This document shows, piece after piece, positions 17,656 through 27,151 of a DNA stretch of 55,080 nucleotides (its first letter is position 1; each line of letters starts with the position of its first letter). Origin of the DNA: Candidatus Saccharimonadales bacterium. Its GTDB lineage: Bacteria; Patescibacteriota; UBA1384; 2-12-FULL-50-11. The notes beneath the pieces were generated by a model. It was not told where the DNA came from. It did not search any database and saw nothing but the letters and a program-made list of their open reading frames with translations. The stretch is from the NCBI GenBank assembly GCA_035480235.1, contig DATIHX010000011.1, positions 66,146-121,225 of the forward strand, in the 5' to 3' direction. A program made the position numbers and the translations under genes.

Positions 17656-18397
17656 ATTTGCCCCCGTGTTGATCGCTAACAATCTTACCGCCCTTCATCA
17701 GAATCACCCGTTTTTGAATCCGGTCGACGACGCCGCGATTATGCGTCGCCAAGATAATCGTCGTGCCGCGTTGGTGGATACGATAAAGTAGCTCGACGAT
17801 CTCCCAAGTGTTAACGGGGTCCAAGTTGCCAGTCGGCTCGTCGGCGATGAGGAGTTTTGGGGAATGAACCAAACCGCGGGCAATCGCCACCCGCTGGCGT
17901 TCGCCGCCGGAGAGCTCTTCCGGATAGCTTTTCTTTTTTCGGCCAAGGTTGACCAAATCAATAACTTTGTCGGTTCGGCGGGTAACATCTTCTTTTGGAA
18001 CACCACAAACCTCCAAGGCAAAAGCAATATTCTCCCAAACGGTTTTTTGGGGCAACAATTTAAAATCCTGAAAAACCACCCCAATTTTCCGGCGGTAGGC
18101 CGGTACTTCACGGTTTCGCAAATCAGAAAGCTGGCGGCCAGCCACAAAGATTGAGCCGTGCGACGGATTCTCTTGTTTGGTTAATAATTTAATTAACGTG
18201 GTTTTGCCGGCGCCGCTTTGGCCAACCAAGCAAACAAACTCCCCCTCGTAAATCTTAAAAGTAACATCGCGAACGGCCGGCCGGTGGGCGTATTCTTTGG
18301 TGACGTGCTGAAATTCGATCAGCGGAATTTCCGTGTCGGTGGGTTTTTTGATCGGGGTGGCCGGCAGGGGGTTGCCAACGCGCAAAACATCGTCCAT
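17645..18397 (-). CDS. ftsE: Cell-division ATP-binding protein FtsE
   Basis: GQSGAGKTT, LSGGERQR, LLIADEPTGNLD. Paired with ftsX. Confidence 0.9.
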   Translation of the reverse strand: MDDVLRVGNPLPATPIKKPTDTEIPLIEFQHVTKEYAHRPAVRDVTFKIYEGEFVCLVGQSGAGKTTLIKLLTKQENPSHGSIFVAGRQLSDLRNREVPAYRRKIGVVFQDFKLLPQKTVWENIAFALEVCGVPKEDVTRRTDKVIDLVNLGRKKKSYPEELSGGERQRVAIARGLVHSPKLLIADEPTGNLDPVNTWEIVELLYRIHQRGTTIILATHNRGVVDRIQKRVILMKGGKIVSDQHGGKYVI

Positions 18398-18444
18398 CGA
18401 ACCTACCGTAGCAGTCTGAAGCTGAAAAGGCTAGAATTAAACCA

Positions 18445-18783
18445 ATGGATTACTCTGGCAGTGATTTTTATTGCGATATCGCTATTCCGGGAAAAATTGA
18501 GTTACAAAAAGAGTACGAAAGCGAAAACGTTCTAGCGTTTCACCACACCAAGCCTTTTTGGCAGGTCCATATTGTAGTCGTTCCCAAAAAACACATTCCC
18601 TCGTTAACAGCTCTCAGCAAAGAAGATGAGCCAATTTTATTAGAGTTACTCGAAGTTCTAAAAAAACTAGCCGCTAACGTTGAAAAGGGAACTGGCGCAG
18701 CCCGAATTGTAACAAATTTAGGCGATTATCAGGATTCAAAGCATCTTCATTTTCACGTGTCCAGCGGCAAGAAAATAAACTAA
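18445..18783 (+). CDS. HIT-family (histidine triad) nucleotide hydrolase/transferase
   Basis: 112 aa. VLAFHHTKPFWQVHIVVVPKKH and the HLHFHVSSG triad. Confidence 0.85.
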   Translation: MDYSGSDFYCDIAIPGKIELQKEYESENVLAFHHTKPFWQVHIVVVPKKHIPSLTALSKEDEPILLELLEVLKKLAANVEKGTGAARIVTNLGDYQDSKHLHFHVSSGKKIN

Positions 18784-18827
18784 ATTACCCGATAGTTAAA
18801 TTGTTGTAACATCTTATATTTCGGTAT

Positions 18828-19250
18828 TTGTTCGGTTCTGCTATGTTGACGCCAATGGGGTACGAGACTAGCTCAACTGGTGAGTTTATCAGGAGGTATA
18901 AAACTGAGTTTAACCAATTGAAGCCGGTCAAATGCGCCACGATTGGCGAAAAAGTCCATTTTAATATGGTCGGATTTAAACACTTAATTTACAAGGGCCA
19001 ACATCGCCGACCAACGAAAGTGATATTCAACCGCCTAGTCTTGATCCCGCTAATTATTCCTACCTTGAAGAACGCCGCGGAAATTCTCGAGACAAGAATC
19101 CGTAAAGAAGTGGTTGACGGTAAGAAAGTTGAGGTTATGTATCATGCTCTTGAAGCAAAGGTCGGCCGAAAAAGTGTCCACATTCGGGTTGTAGTCAGAA
19201 AAATTGGCCAAAAAGGCCAATTTCACTTCTTTAGCATTATGAAGTACTAA
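18828..19250 (+). CDS. Hypothetical basic protein
   Basis: 140 aa with a non-ATG (TTG) start. No motif I can assign. AT-richer sequence. Confidence 0.4.
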   Translation: MFGSAMLTPMGYETSSTGEFIRRYKTEFNQLKPVKCATIGEKVHFNMVGFKHLIYKGQHRRPTKVIFNRLVLIPLIIPTLKNAAEILETRIRKEVVDGKKVEVMYHALEAKVGRKSVHIRVVVRKIGQKGQFHFFSIMKY

Positions 19251-19395
19251 AAAACGCCCTTTCGGACGCTCTTTAGTGTGCCTGCTTCCGACTTAGGAAA
19301 TCCTTAGCCGGTTCTAGGGCAAGCCCCACAAGCACAATAATAATATACCGGATATACCCGATTTTGTCAACCGTCACAGTGACCAATCGCGGCCA

Positions 19396-20268
19396 CTACT
19401 TCGCCAGTTCTTCTAAATCTTTTTCCAAGACTTTGGCGGCTTGCGGGTCGAGCATTTTGAGGAGCTTTTTGTACGTTCCGGCGGCGGTTTGGGCTTTTTT
19501 AGTTTCGGCAATTTCGTAATAGGCTAGGCTCAGAAAACCGTTAAGTTGGGCTAATCGGCGGACGTATTGGCGTTCGCCGTGGTCGGCGGCAAACCAACTC
19601 AAACTTTCTTCAGCCAGGTCAACCGCGATTTCAAACTGCTGTTGTTTAAATTTAACCCGGGCCAGATCAAACAGTGTTGTGGCGGTAAAAAAACCGGCGT
19701 TAGCTTCCTGCCGCAATAACTTCAGGGCTTGGTTGATATAATTTTCAGCCGCCACCAAATCGCCGAGTTTGGCAAAATGGAGGCCAAATTTATCGTAGGT
19801 AATGCCCAGGCCGGCCGGGTCGTCGATGGTTTTAAAAACACCGATGCTTTTTTGGAACCAATCGCGGGCTTCGCTGGTACGGCCGGCGTAGTCGTTGATA
19901 ATTGCCCAGTCACGATAGAGCGAACCTAAGCCGCCTTTGTCGCCTAAGTTTTTGAACGCGATTTCCGCTTGCGAGTAAAAGTTGATGGCGTCCCGATAAT
20001 AAGCGCTGTCGGCTGACGCCACGTTTTCTTTGGCCGAGACGCCGGCCATATGCAGCGCCCTGGCTTTCTGTTCCAGCTCGGCCGGCTGCGTCGCCAGCGT
20101 CGCAATTTCCAGGTAATACTTGATCGCTTCGTCGACCTGGCCGTTATTGCGGAAGTTGTCGGCTGTGAGAAAAAGTTTTGGGTAATCGACAAGTGGCATA
20201 GGAATAGTATAGGGCTGCAATTTCATTCTAGCCACAAGTCGAGAGTTGCTAGTTGTATTTTTGAACAA
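19396..20268 (-). CDS. TPR-repeat protein
   Basis: 290 aa with several 34-aa helical repeats containing the A/Y/G/L pattern (AIKYYLEIA, AINFYSQAE, ARDWFQKSI, AENYINQAL). Confidence 0.6.
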   Translation of the reverse strand: MFKNTTSNSRLVARMKLQPYTIPMPLVDYPKLFLTADNFRNNGQVDEAIKYYLEIATLATQPAELEQKARALHMAGVSAKENVASADSAYYRDAINFYSQAEIAFKNLGDKGGLGSLYRDWAIINDYAGRTSEARDWFQKSIGVFKTIDDPAGLGITYDKFGLHFAKLGDLVAAENYINQALKLLRQEANAGFFTATTLFDLARVKFKQQQFEIAVDLAEESLSWFAADHGERQYVRRLAQLNGFLSLAYYEIAETKKAQTAAGTYKKLLKMLDPQAAKVLEKDLEELAK

Positions 20269-20321
20269 ATTTTATTAAAATACAGCTAGCAGTTTGCAAC
20301 CTTAACTCAAGGAGAAGTTTT

Positions 20322-20843
20322 ATGGACCTGTCGTTTAACATGCCCCGCAGTCTCGAAAATACAATTCGAATCGAGGAAGTGGGTCGGACGTCGATCTATC
20401 TAGCTGAAGTTTTTGAACTCGAAGTTAGGTCGCTAACAGTTTACGGAAAATCACGCCTTACAAAGAAGACAGAAGCAACCGTCCCACAAAGAGTTCTCGC
20501 CTCGCAGGAAGAAATGAGCTTAACCAATAGACCACCAACTGGTTTATTGGCAAGACTTTTCTCAAGTGTAAAAAGCTCGAGAGGGAACGGGGAAGCATCA
20601 CCCGCTCCAGCTCTTGCTACCAAGCCCGAATGGTTGATTGTCGGAGACCGTGGTGCCCTGGCTGACGAAAATGGGAGGTGTACGAAATTAAATAACTACA
20701 GCTATCGTACCCATCTTGTTAGCGCCGCTGCCAACAATGGCTTAATCATTACTGGATCCCTTTTGGACGCAGCATTTGGGCCAATAGAGAGCGACTTAGC
20801 AGCTCTTATCCAAGGCCTAATCAAAGCAGCGGGCCAACGGTAA
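20322..20843 (+). CDS. Hypothetical protein
   Basis: 173 aa. GGAG upstream of the start and its own terminator. No recognisable family. Confidence 0.45.
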   Translation: MDLSFNMPRSLENTIRIEEVGRTSIYLAEVFELEVRSLTVYGKSRLTKKTEATVPQRVLASQEEMSLTNRPPTGLLARLFSSVKSSRGNGEASPAPALATKPEWLIVGDRGALADENGRCTKLNNYSYRTHLVSAAANNGLIITGSLLDAAFGPIESDLAALIQGLIKAAGQR

Positions 20844-20868
20844 CGACCGCCGCGATAAACACCGCCCC

Positions 20869-20895
20869 GCCCACCATATTTGGTGGGCTTTTTTT
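20869..20895 (+). terminator. Rho-independent terminator
   Basis: GCCCACCA-TATT-TGGTGGGC followed by TTTTTTT. Overlaps the secA stop on the opposite strand. Confidence 0.7.
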
Positions 20896-23494
20896 AGCCT
20901 TTGTGCCACGGAGCGTTGACGAGGCCACACTTTTTGAATTTGTAGACTTTACCGGTTTTTGGATCGATAGCACCGCATGGGCAGGGGTCGTTGCGGCCGA
21001 TTTTGCCGTCGTTTTTAGCTTGAATTGGTGCTGCTTCCTCGGGATTATTGGTTATTAACCGTTCGGCTGGCGGCTGGGCAACTGGCGGTTGGTTCTGCTG
21101 AATTGGTCCGGTTTCGGCATGTAAGAGCATCGCAATAATTTGCGAATCGATAGCGTCTTGGAGGCGATTGAACAAGCCGTAGGCTTCCTGTTTGTATTCG
21201 ACGATCGGTTCCCTTTGCCCGTAACCGCGCAAACCAATACTTTCGCGTAAATCTTCCAGGTTTTTGAGATGCTCCACCCACAAAACGTCAATCGCTCGGA
21301 GGGTGACGATCTTTTCGACTTGCGCTAAGACTTCTGGCGTCCAAACTTTGGATTTAGTTTCGTAAGCGGTTTTTTCTTCTTCGGTCATCCGGCTAAGTAA
21401 ATCGGCGTGCAGTGCCTCAGCCTGTTCAGGGTTGTTAGTATGCAAAACGCGGGCTCGGCGACGGTAAATCGCTTCACGCTGCTTGTTGGTGACGTCGTCG
21501 TACTCAACAAGTTGTTTGCGGATATCGAAGTTATGACCCTCCACCCGGCTTTGGGCTTGTTCGATCGCCCGCGAAAGCAAAGAGTTATTGATACTCATAT
21601 CGTCCGGCACGTTGAGGCGCTCCATCAGCGATTTCATTCGGTCGCCGCCGAAAATCCGCATTAAATCGTCCTCCATCGAAACGAAAAATTGGGTTTGGCC
21701 GGGATCGCCTTGCCGACCCGAACGGCCACGAAGCTGATTATCGATGCGGCGGCTTTCGTGCCGCTCGGTGCCGATCACCAGCAAACCGCCCAATTCCAAG
21801 ACTTTTTGGTGATTTTTCTCCCAAGAATCGAATAGGCTTTTTGACTGATCGGCGCTGGGGGCCGCGCCGCCTAAAACGATATCGACGCCGCGGCCGGCCA
21901 TGTTGGTGGCAACGGTCACCGCGCCGGGCTCGCCGGCTTTCTCCACCACTTGGCCTTCTTTTTGGTGCTGCTTGGCGTTTAGAACCGAGTGCGTCACCCC
22001 GGCGGCTTTGAGCAAACGGCCGAGTTTCTCACTTTTAGTGATCGAGACCGTCCCGATCAAAACCGGCTGGCCGGCTTGTTGTTTATTTTTGACCAAATCA
22101 ACGACGGCCTTGAATTTGGCTTCCTCGGTTTTGTAGATAGCGTCCGATTCGTCTTTCCGAGCACTCGGCCGATGGGTGGGGATCGAAACGACTTCCAGGT
22201 TATAAATTTTCGAGAATTCCTCGGCTTCGGTGGTGGCTGTCCCGGTCATACCCGAGAGTTTGTAATACAAACGGAAATAATTTTGAAAAGTGATCGTCGC
22301 CATCGTCGTTGACTCTTCTTGAACGTTAACGCCTTCCTTGGCTTCGATCGCTTGATGGAGACCGCTGGAGTAGCGCCGGCCGGCGAGCATCCGGCCAGTA
22401 AACTCGTCGATAATAATTACTTCGCCGTCTTTGACTACATATTCTTTGTTTTTCTTATATAAAGCATAGGCTTTTAAGGCTGTATCGGCGTGATGAACGA
22501 GCGCCACGTTACCAGGATCGTACATATTGTTAATACCCAGAAACTTTTCCAATTTATGAATGCCAGATTCCGTTAAGGCAGCGCTGCGAGCTTTTTCGTC
22601 GATCTCGTAGTCGGTCTTTTCAACCAGTTTGGGCATATACTTGGCGAACTGTTGGTACAAAACGGCTGATTCGCTGGTCATGGCTGAAATAATCAGCGGC
22701 GTCCGAGCTTCGTCGATTAAAATCGAGTCGACTTCGTCAACAATAGCATAGACTAATTCCCTTTGATTAAGTTGGTTAACCTCACCGGCCATATTGTCGC
22801 GCAAATAGTCGAAACCGTACTCGTTGTTAGTGCCGTAGGTGATGTCGGCTTGGTAAGCCTCTGGGCGGCTGACCGGCCGCAAATGCTTCAGACGCGGGTC
22901 GGCTTCTTCGCTCTCGAATGTAGGATCGTACAAATAAGAAAATTGTGGGCCGATCACACCGATACTTAGCCCCAAAAAATGATAGATCGGCGCCATCCAA
23001 CCGGCGTCACGGCGGGCTAAATAGTCGTTAACGGTTACTAAGTGGGTGCCGAGGCCGGTCAGGGCGTTGAGATACAGCGGCAAACTAGCGACCAGTGTTT
23101 TACCTTCACCGGTTTGCATTTCAGCGATCTGGCCTTGGTGTAAAACGGCGCCACCAATCAACTGAACGTCATAGTGACGCAGGCCGATGGTTCGTTTGGC
23201 CGCTTCACGGGTTAAAGCAAAGGCATAAGCTACTTTTGGTTCAAGAAGTTCTTTCAATTGTTTCCGCCGGGTGTCGTGCTGGGCGTCGATGTCGTCAAAA
23301 TCGGCGGTTTCAGCCATCAATTTCGTGGCGGCGGCCGAAATTTCCGTTTTAAGTTCTTGTGATTTTTTGGTTAAGTCCGCGTCAGTGAGCTTTTCCAGCT
23401 CTGGCTCAAAATTATTAACTTCGTCGACAAGCGTTTGGTACCGACCAACCTCCCGTTTATTGGGATCGCCAAAAAGTTTCGGGAAAAACGCCAT
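20894..23494 (-). CDS. secA: Preprotein translocase ATPase SecA
   Basis: 866 aa. MQTGEGKTL Walker A, DEVDSILIDEARTPLIIS, RGRSGRQGDPG, C-terminal Cys-rich tail (CPCG...KKCG). Confidence 0.97.
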   Translation of the reverse strand: MAFFPKLFGDPNKREVGRYQTLVDEVNNFEPELEKLTDADLTKKSQELKTEISAAATKLMAETADFDDIDAQHDTRRKQLKELLEPKVAYAFALTREAAKRTIGLRHYDVQLIGGAVLHQGQIAEMQTGEGKTLVASLPLYLNALTGLGTHLVTVNDYLARRDAGWMAPIYHFLGLSIGVIGPQFSYLYDPTFESEEADPRLKHLRPVSRPEAYQADITYGTNNEYGFDYLRDNMAGEVNQLNQRELVYAIVDEVDSILIDEARTPLIISAMTSESAVLYQQFAKYMPKLVEKTDYEIDEKARSAALTESGIHKLEKFLGINNMYDPGNVALVHHADTALKAYALYKKNKEYVVKDGEVIIIDEFTGRMLAGRRYSSGLHQAIEAKEGVNVQEESTTMATITFQNYFRLYYKLSGMTGTATTEAEEFSKIYNLEVVSIPTHRPSARKDESDAIYKTEEAKFKAVVDLVKNKQQAGQPVLIGTVSITKSEKLGRLLKAAGVTHSVLNAKQHQKEGQVVEKAGEPGAVTVATNMAGRGVDIVLGGAAPSADQSKSLFDSWEKNHQKVLELGGLLVIGTERHESRRIDNQLRGRSGRQGDPGQTQFFVSMEDDLMRIFGGDRMKSLMERLNVPDDMSINNSLLSRAIEQAQSRVEGHNFDIRKQLVEYDDVTNKQREAIYRRRARVLHTNNPEQAEALHADLLSRMTEEEKTAYETKSKVWTPEVLAQVEKIVTLRAIDVLWVEHLKNLEDLRESIGLRGYGQREPIVEYKQEAYGLFNRLQDAIDSQIIAMLLHAETGPIQQNQPPVAQPPAERLITNNPEEAAPIQAKNDGKIGRNDPCPCGAIDPKTGKVYKFKKCGLVNAPWHKG

Positions 23495-23495
23495 G

Positions 23496-24701
23496 CTATT
23501 TGGAAAGTTCGCTCGGCAAATTCACTCGGCCGTCCTCGGTCTGATTATTTTCGATGATCGCCAAGAGCAGCCGCTCGGTGGCCAAAGTGCCGTTCAAGGT
23601 GTGGGCGAACTGGTTGTCGCCGTTCTTATCTTTGTATTTAATGCCTAAGCCGCGGGCCTGGTAGTCGGTGCAGTTACTGACCGAATGGGTTTCGCGGTAG
23701 CGTTCTTGCGACGGGAACCATGCTTCGATGTCGTATTTTTTGGCGGCTGGGGCGCCCAAATCGCCGCTACCGATTAGCATTACTTGGTAAGGCACGTCGA
23801 ACTGGGCGACAAATCTCTCTTCCAGCTCCAGTAAAAACTTATGCTCTTTGGCCGAATCTTCGGGTTTGCAAATTGAAACTAATTCGACTTTATCGAACTG
23901 GTGCTGACGAAACATCCCCCGGGTGTCTTTGCCGTACGAGCCGGCTTCGCGCCGGAAACAAGCGGAAAAGCCGACCAGGCGCAGCGGCAATTCGTCTTCG
24001 GCCAATACTTGGTTGGCCCCGAGAGCCAGGAGCAGCGGTTCGGAAGTGCCAGACAAATAGCTGTCCTCTACTTTAAAGGTGTTTTCTTGGCCTTCCGGGA
24101 AAAAGCCGCTACCGAGTAAGGTTTCCTCTTTAGTAAAAACCGGCGGAATGACCGGCGTAAAACCGTTTTCGACGGCGAAATCGAAAGCGAGGCGCGAGAG
24201 TTTCATCCAGGCGATGGCGGCGTCGTTTTTTAAGTAGCGGAAGCGGGCGCCGGAGACTTTGGCGGCAGTCAGCAGGTCAAGCCAACCCAAACTGGTCATC
24301 AGCTCTTCGTGGCTTTTACCGTTCTTGAGTTTAATTTTCCCCGCCGTTTTAACGGCTTTGTTGGCGGTTTCGCCTTCGCCCACCGGCACGTCGTCGGCCA
24401 GTAAGTTAGGTAAGCGAACTAATAGTTTTTCCCGCTTGGCAGCCGAAAGCTTTTCTTCTTCGTTTAATTTTTCCAGCTCGCGTTTGATGTCTTTAAGGCG
24501 CCGGCCGTGGGCCTGGGCGGTTTGAGCGGTTGTGGAAAGTTGGTTGCGTTCGCTCCGCAGCGCGTCAGCTCGAGCGGTAGCGGCCCGCCAAACTTTATCG
24601 GCCGCCAAAACTTCATCAACCAGGCCAACTTCCATGAAGCGGTTTTTGAGACTGAGACGAAACAGTTCCGGTTCTTTACGGAGTAAATCCAAATCGACCA
24701 T
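23496..24701 (-). CDS. serS: Seryl-tRNA synthetase
   Basis: 401 aa. N-terminal coiled-coil arm, class II motifs (FRREAGS..., TLNGTLATERLLLAIIEN). Confidence 0.95.
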   Translation of the reverse strand: MVDLDLLRKEPELFRLSLKNRFMEVGLVDEVLAADKVWRAATARADALRSERNQLSTTAQTAQAHGRRLKDIKRELEKLNEEEKLSAAKREKLLVRLPNLLADDVPVGEGETANKAVKTAGKIKLKNGKSHEELMTSLGWLDLLTAAKVSGARFRYLKNDAAIAWMKLSRLAFDFAVENGFTPVIPPVFTKEETLLGSGFFPEGQENTFKVEDSYLSGTSEPLLLALGANQVLAEDELPLRLVGFSACFRREAGSYGKDTRGMFRQHQFDKVELVSICKPEDSAKEHKFLLELEERFVAQFDVPYQVMLIGSGDLGAPAAKKYDIEAWFPSQERYRETHSVSNCTDYQARGLGIKYKDKNGDNQFAHTLNGTLATERLLLAIIENNQTEDGRVNLPSELSK

Positions 24702-24769
24702 GGGTTGAGTGTAACAAACCTGTCAGTAATTATGAAGTCATAAAAACCCGCGCCGATTTGAATCCCCGT

Positions 24770-24785
24770 ATAACATATATATTAT
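24770..24785. repeat. Left arm of perfect 16-bp inverted repeat ATAACATATATATTAT
   Basis: The reverse complement occurs at 25145-25160. The left arm overlaps a putative -10 region (TTGAAT-16 nt-TATTAT) of the XRE gene. Confidence 0.6.
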
Positions 24786-24788
24786 TAG

Positions 24789-25130
24789 GTGAATCAGATG
24801 GTTAATACTGAAGATAAATACATTCAAGTGCGAACAGGTGGGCCGAAGAAATACTACAACAAGAAAAGGATTCGCAACCCCCACTATAAACCCGTGAAGT
24901 CGGCCTGGACGGTATCGAAATACCCGGCCGTAGAATATGCCGAATTACTGCGAGCTTTTCGCTCGGCACGGCTGGCAAAAAATATGACCCAACAGCAGCT
25001 CGCTCACGAACTTCGCACCTACCAAGCAGTTATCTGTAATTTTGAGCTTGGCCGAACGAACCCGACAGTTCACTTTCTTAGTCGTTTAGCTGAAGAGTTA
25101 GGTTTAACGCTAACGATTACGGCGAAGTAA
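24789..25130 (+). CDS. XRE-family helix-turn-helix transcriptional regulator
   Basis: 113 aa. C-terminal HTH_3 (MTQQQLAHELRTYQAVICNFELGRTNPTVHFLSRLAEELGL) and a basic N-terminal extension. Confidence 0.75.
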   Translation: MNQMVNTEDKYIQVRTGGPKKYYNKKRIRNPHYKPVKSAWTVSKYPAVEYAELLRAFRSARLAKNMTQQQLAHELRTYQAVICNFELGRTNPTVHFLSRLAEELGLTLTITAK

Positions 25131-25144
25131 ATTCAATTCGCCAT

Positions 25145-25160
25145 ATAATATATATGTTAT
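25145..25160. repeat. Right arm of perfect 16-bp inverted repeat ATAATATATATGTTAT
   Basis: Exact reverse complement of 24770-24785. Confidence 0.6.
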
Positions 25161-25221
25161 TCAGTGGTTGGGCATAACTGGGAGCAAAGAAGCCTTAGTA
25201 AAAAGGTGTGGGTAATTTATT

Positions 25222-25247
25222 AAAAAGCCGCTGGCTGAACCAGCGGC
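25222..25247 (-). terminator. Rho-independent terminator for the 25274-26293 gene
   Basis: GCCGCTGG-loop-CCAGCGGC followed by TTTTT on the minus strand. Confidence 0.65.
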
Positions 25248-25273
25248 AAGGAATTTCAGGAGGATTGGACTCG

Positions 25274-26293
25274 TTACATGTTAAGGTGGTGCTCCTCGGC
25301 GCGAACCTTCTCCTGATCCGGGATGCCAGTAACCTCCTCGATTTGCGGTATCAACTTGCTCAATTGGTTATCTGCCGCCGTCTCCCGTGCCAGCTTTTGG
25401 CGCAGTTTAGCAACTTCGGCGCTGGTAGAGTTTGGGTTACTCTCCAGCCAAATGAGCGTGCTTTGCAGTTGGCCAATCCGATGACGAATCGCTTCGGTTG
25501 GCTCCAACTCACTGAGAATTTGAAGTAACTTCCTCGTCTTGCGAATCTCCTTGGCGTGAGCATTTTTTGGTTGCTTTTGAGAATAGGTCCAGACCCGAGC
25601 CCCAAAATACAGGCCGTACAGCGGGTTAAGCGCCGAAAGTCCAGCAACGGCGACCGGCTGAGCCAGCGCTTTACTGATTAGCGAAGCGCGGTCTTCACTT
25701 TGATTCTCGGTCGCAATGCAGACTAGCAACCCAAGGCCAACCCAAAGAAAAACAAGAAATGGCCAGCCGGGAAAAACGAGTTGTTGGAAGACCGGGTTGG
25801 GAACGAAGCGCCCGCCTTTCAGTAGGACGTCGACCCCGGCACTATTGACAATTTTTTGGTCTTCGTCGAAATGCCATTCCAAACCCTTAGGATTAACTTC
25901 CTCGCCATCCCCTATAAGCACGTAGGCTCGTATTACTTTAGGTGTGCCAGGAAACTCCGAAGGGGTTAGTACGATATTGTTAACCGACAACAAACCGGGG
26001 TTTTGAGCCGCAAGATTCTTTGCCGTTTCATGAGCTTTTTGGGCTTTCTTAATTGCCAGCGCGAAATCGGCCAGATTGCGGGCTTGGCTGGGCATGTCGT
26101 CCAGCGAGCGGTTTTTTTGCATCTCTTGCCAAAAACTCCGGACGTTGGTTTGAAGGTTAAGGGTCTCCTTGATGCTCCTGGCGTGGTTGTCGTCAACATA
26201 AGCGTTCCACCCAAAAACAACAACGACAAGCATGATAATACTTAAAAGCAGCACGCCCAAGTTTTTGAGCAGATCGAAAAAGAATGTTCGCAT
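25274..26293 (-). CDS. Hypothetical membrane protein with extracytoplasmic domain and cytoplasmic coiled-coil tail
   Basis: Start moved to MRTFFFDLL (26293), which has AGGAGG 7 nt upstream. The ORF extends to 26341. N-terminal TM, a roughly 170-aa loop, further TM helices, then a helical C-terminus. Confidence 0.6.
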   Translation of the reverse strand: MRTFFFDLLKNLGVLLLSIIMLVVVVFGWNAYVDDNHARSIKETLNLQTNVRSFWQEMQKNRSLDDMPSQARNLADFALAIKKAQKAHETAKNLAAQNPGLLSVNNIVLTPSEFPGTPKVIRAYVLIGDGEEVNPKGLEWHFDEDQKIVNSAGVDVLLKGGRFVPNPVFQQLVFPGWPFLVFLWVGLGLLVCIATENQSEDRASLISKALAQPVAVAGLSALNPLYGLYFGARVWTYSQKQPKNAHAKEIRKTRKLLQILSELEPTEAIRHRIGQLQSTLIWLESNPNSTSAEVAKLRQKLARETAADNQLSKLIPQIEEVTGIPDQEKVRAEEHHLNM

Positions 26294-26428
26294 GTTTCCT
26301 CCTGAATTTGAAGAGCGAATACGAGGAGAATTATATGACAAAAAATGCCAAACGTCAAGGCGTCAATAAGGAAAATCACGCAAAATTAGCCAGCTTTTTG
26401 GTTAACTAATTTCTACCAGGAAAGACTC

Positions 26429-26887
26429 TTACTTAACCGAAATGATCTTGTAATCCACGGCGCCGTCGGGGGTTTGGACTTTCACTTTGTCACCGGCTTT
26501 GTGGCCGAGCACCGCTTGGCCGACCGGGGAATCAATCGAGATGCGGCCTTTGGCCGGGTCGGATTCGGTGGGGCCGACAATTTTGTAATTATCTTTATCG
26601 CCCTCGATTTCCACGGTAATTTCGCTGCCGATGCCAACCGTGCCTTTATGAGCGCCGTTGACTACCTTGGCTTGTTTAATTTGTTGCTCAAGTTCTTCAA
26701 TCCGGCCTTCAATAAACGACTGGTCTTCCTTGGCCGACGAGTACTCGGCATTTTCGCTCAAATCGCCCAAAGCCTTGGCTTCTTTAATCCGGTTGACCAC
26801 TTCTGGACGGCGAGTTTCCGTCAGCTCTTTCAGCTCGGTTTTCAGCTTTTCCAAACCCTCCGCCGTCATTAAAATTTCCTTCTTCAT
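26429..26887 (-). CDS. greA: Transcription elongation factor GreA
   Basis: 152 aa. LTAEGLEKLKTELKEL...GDLSENAEYSSAKEDQ. Confidence 0.95.
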   Translation of the reverse strand: MKKEILMTAEGLEKLKTELKELTETRRPEVVNRIKEAKALGDLSENAEYSSAKEDQSFIEGRIEELEQQIKQAKVVNGAHKGTVGIGSEITVEIEGDKDNYKIVGPTESDPAKGRISIDSPVGQAVLGHKAGDKVKVQTPDGAVDYKIISVK

Positions 26888-27151
26888 GGTTCCTTTCTGG
26901 TTTATACGTAAGAGTTGACCGGGTAATTACTTAGTTAGAATTGATTTCTGGCGAGTTGAGGGTGGGTATAGGGTGGGTAAATCAAGTGGTTTAACGCTTT
27001 CAACTCGATGAATACTCAATTATTCTAGCTTAACGGCCGTGGCTGTCAAGTAGCCCGCGCCAATTATTTAATTGGCGGTAAATTTGTAACAAATCACAAA
27101 AACTTTACTGGGTTTTCCAATAATCTGCCAAAAACAGTCGGGTTTTGCCGA

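Noticed and set aside
19251-19395. Possible SRP (4.5S) RNA, because the minus strand contains GTCGGAAGCAGGC.
   Set aside because: The sequence cannot be folded into the conserved helix-8 pattern (closing stem-GGAA-stem followed by AGCA and the paired 5' CAGG loop). The match is only a short chance resemblance.
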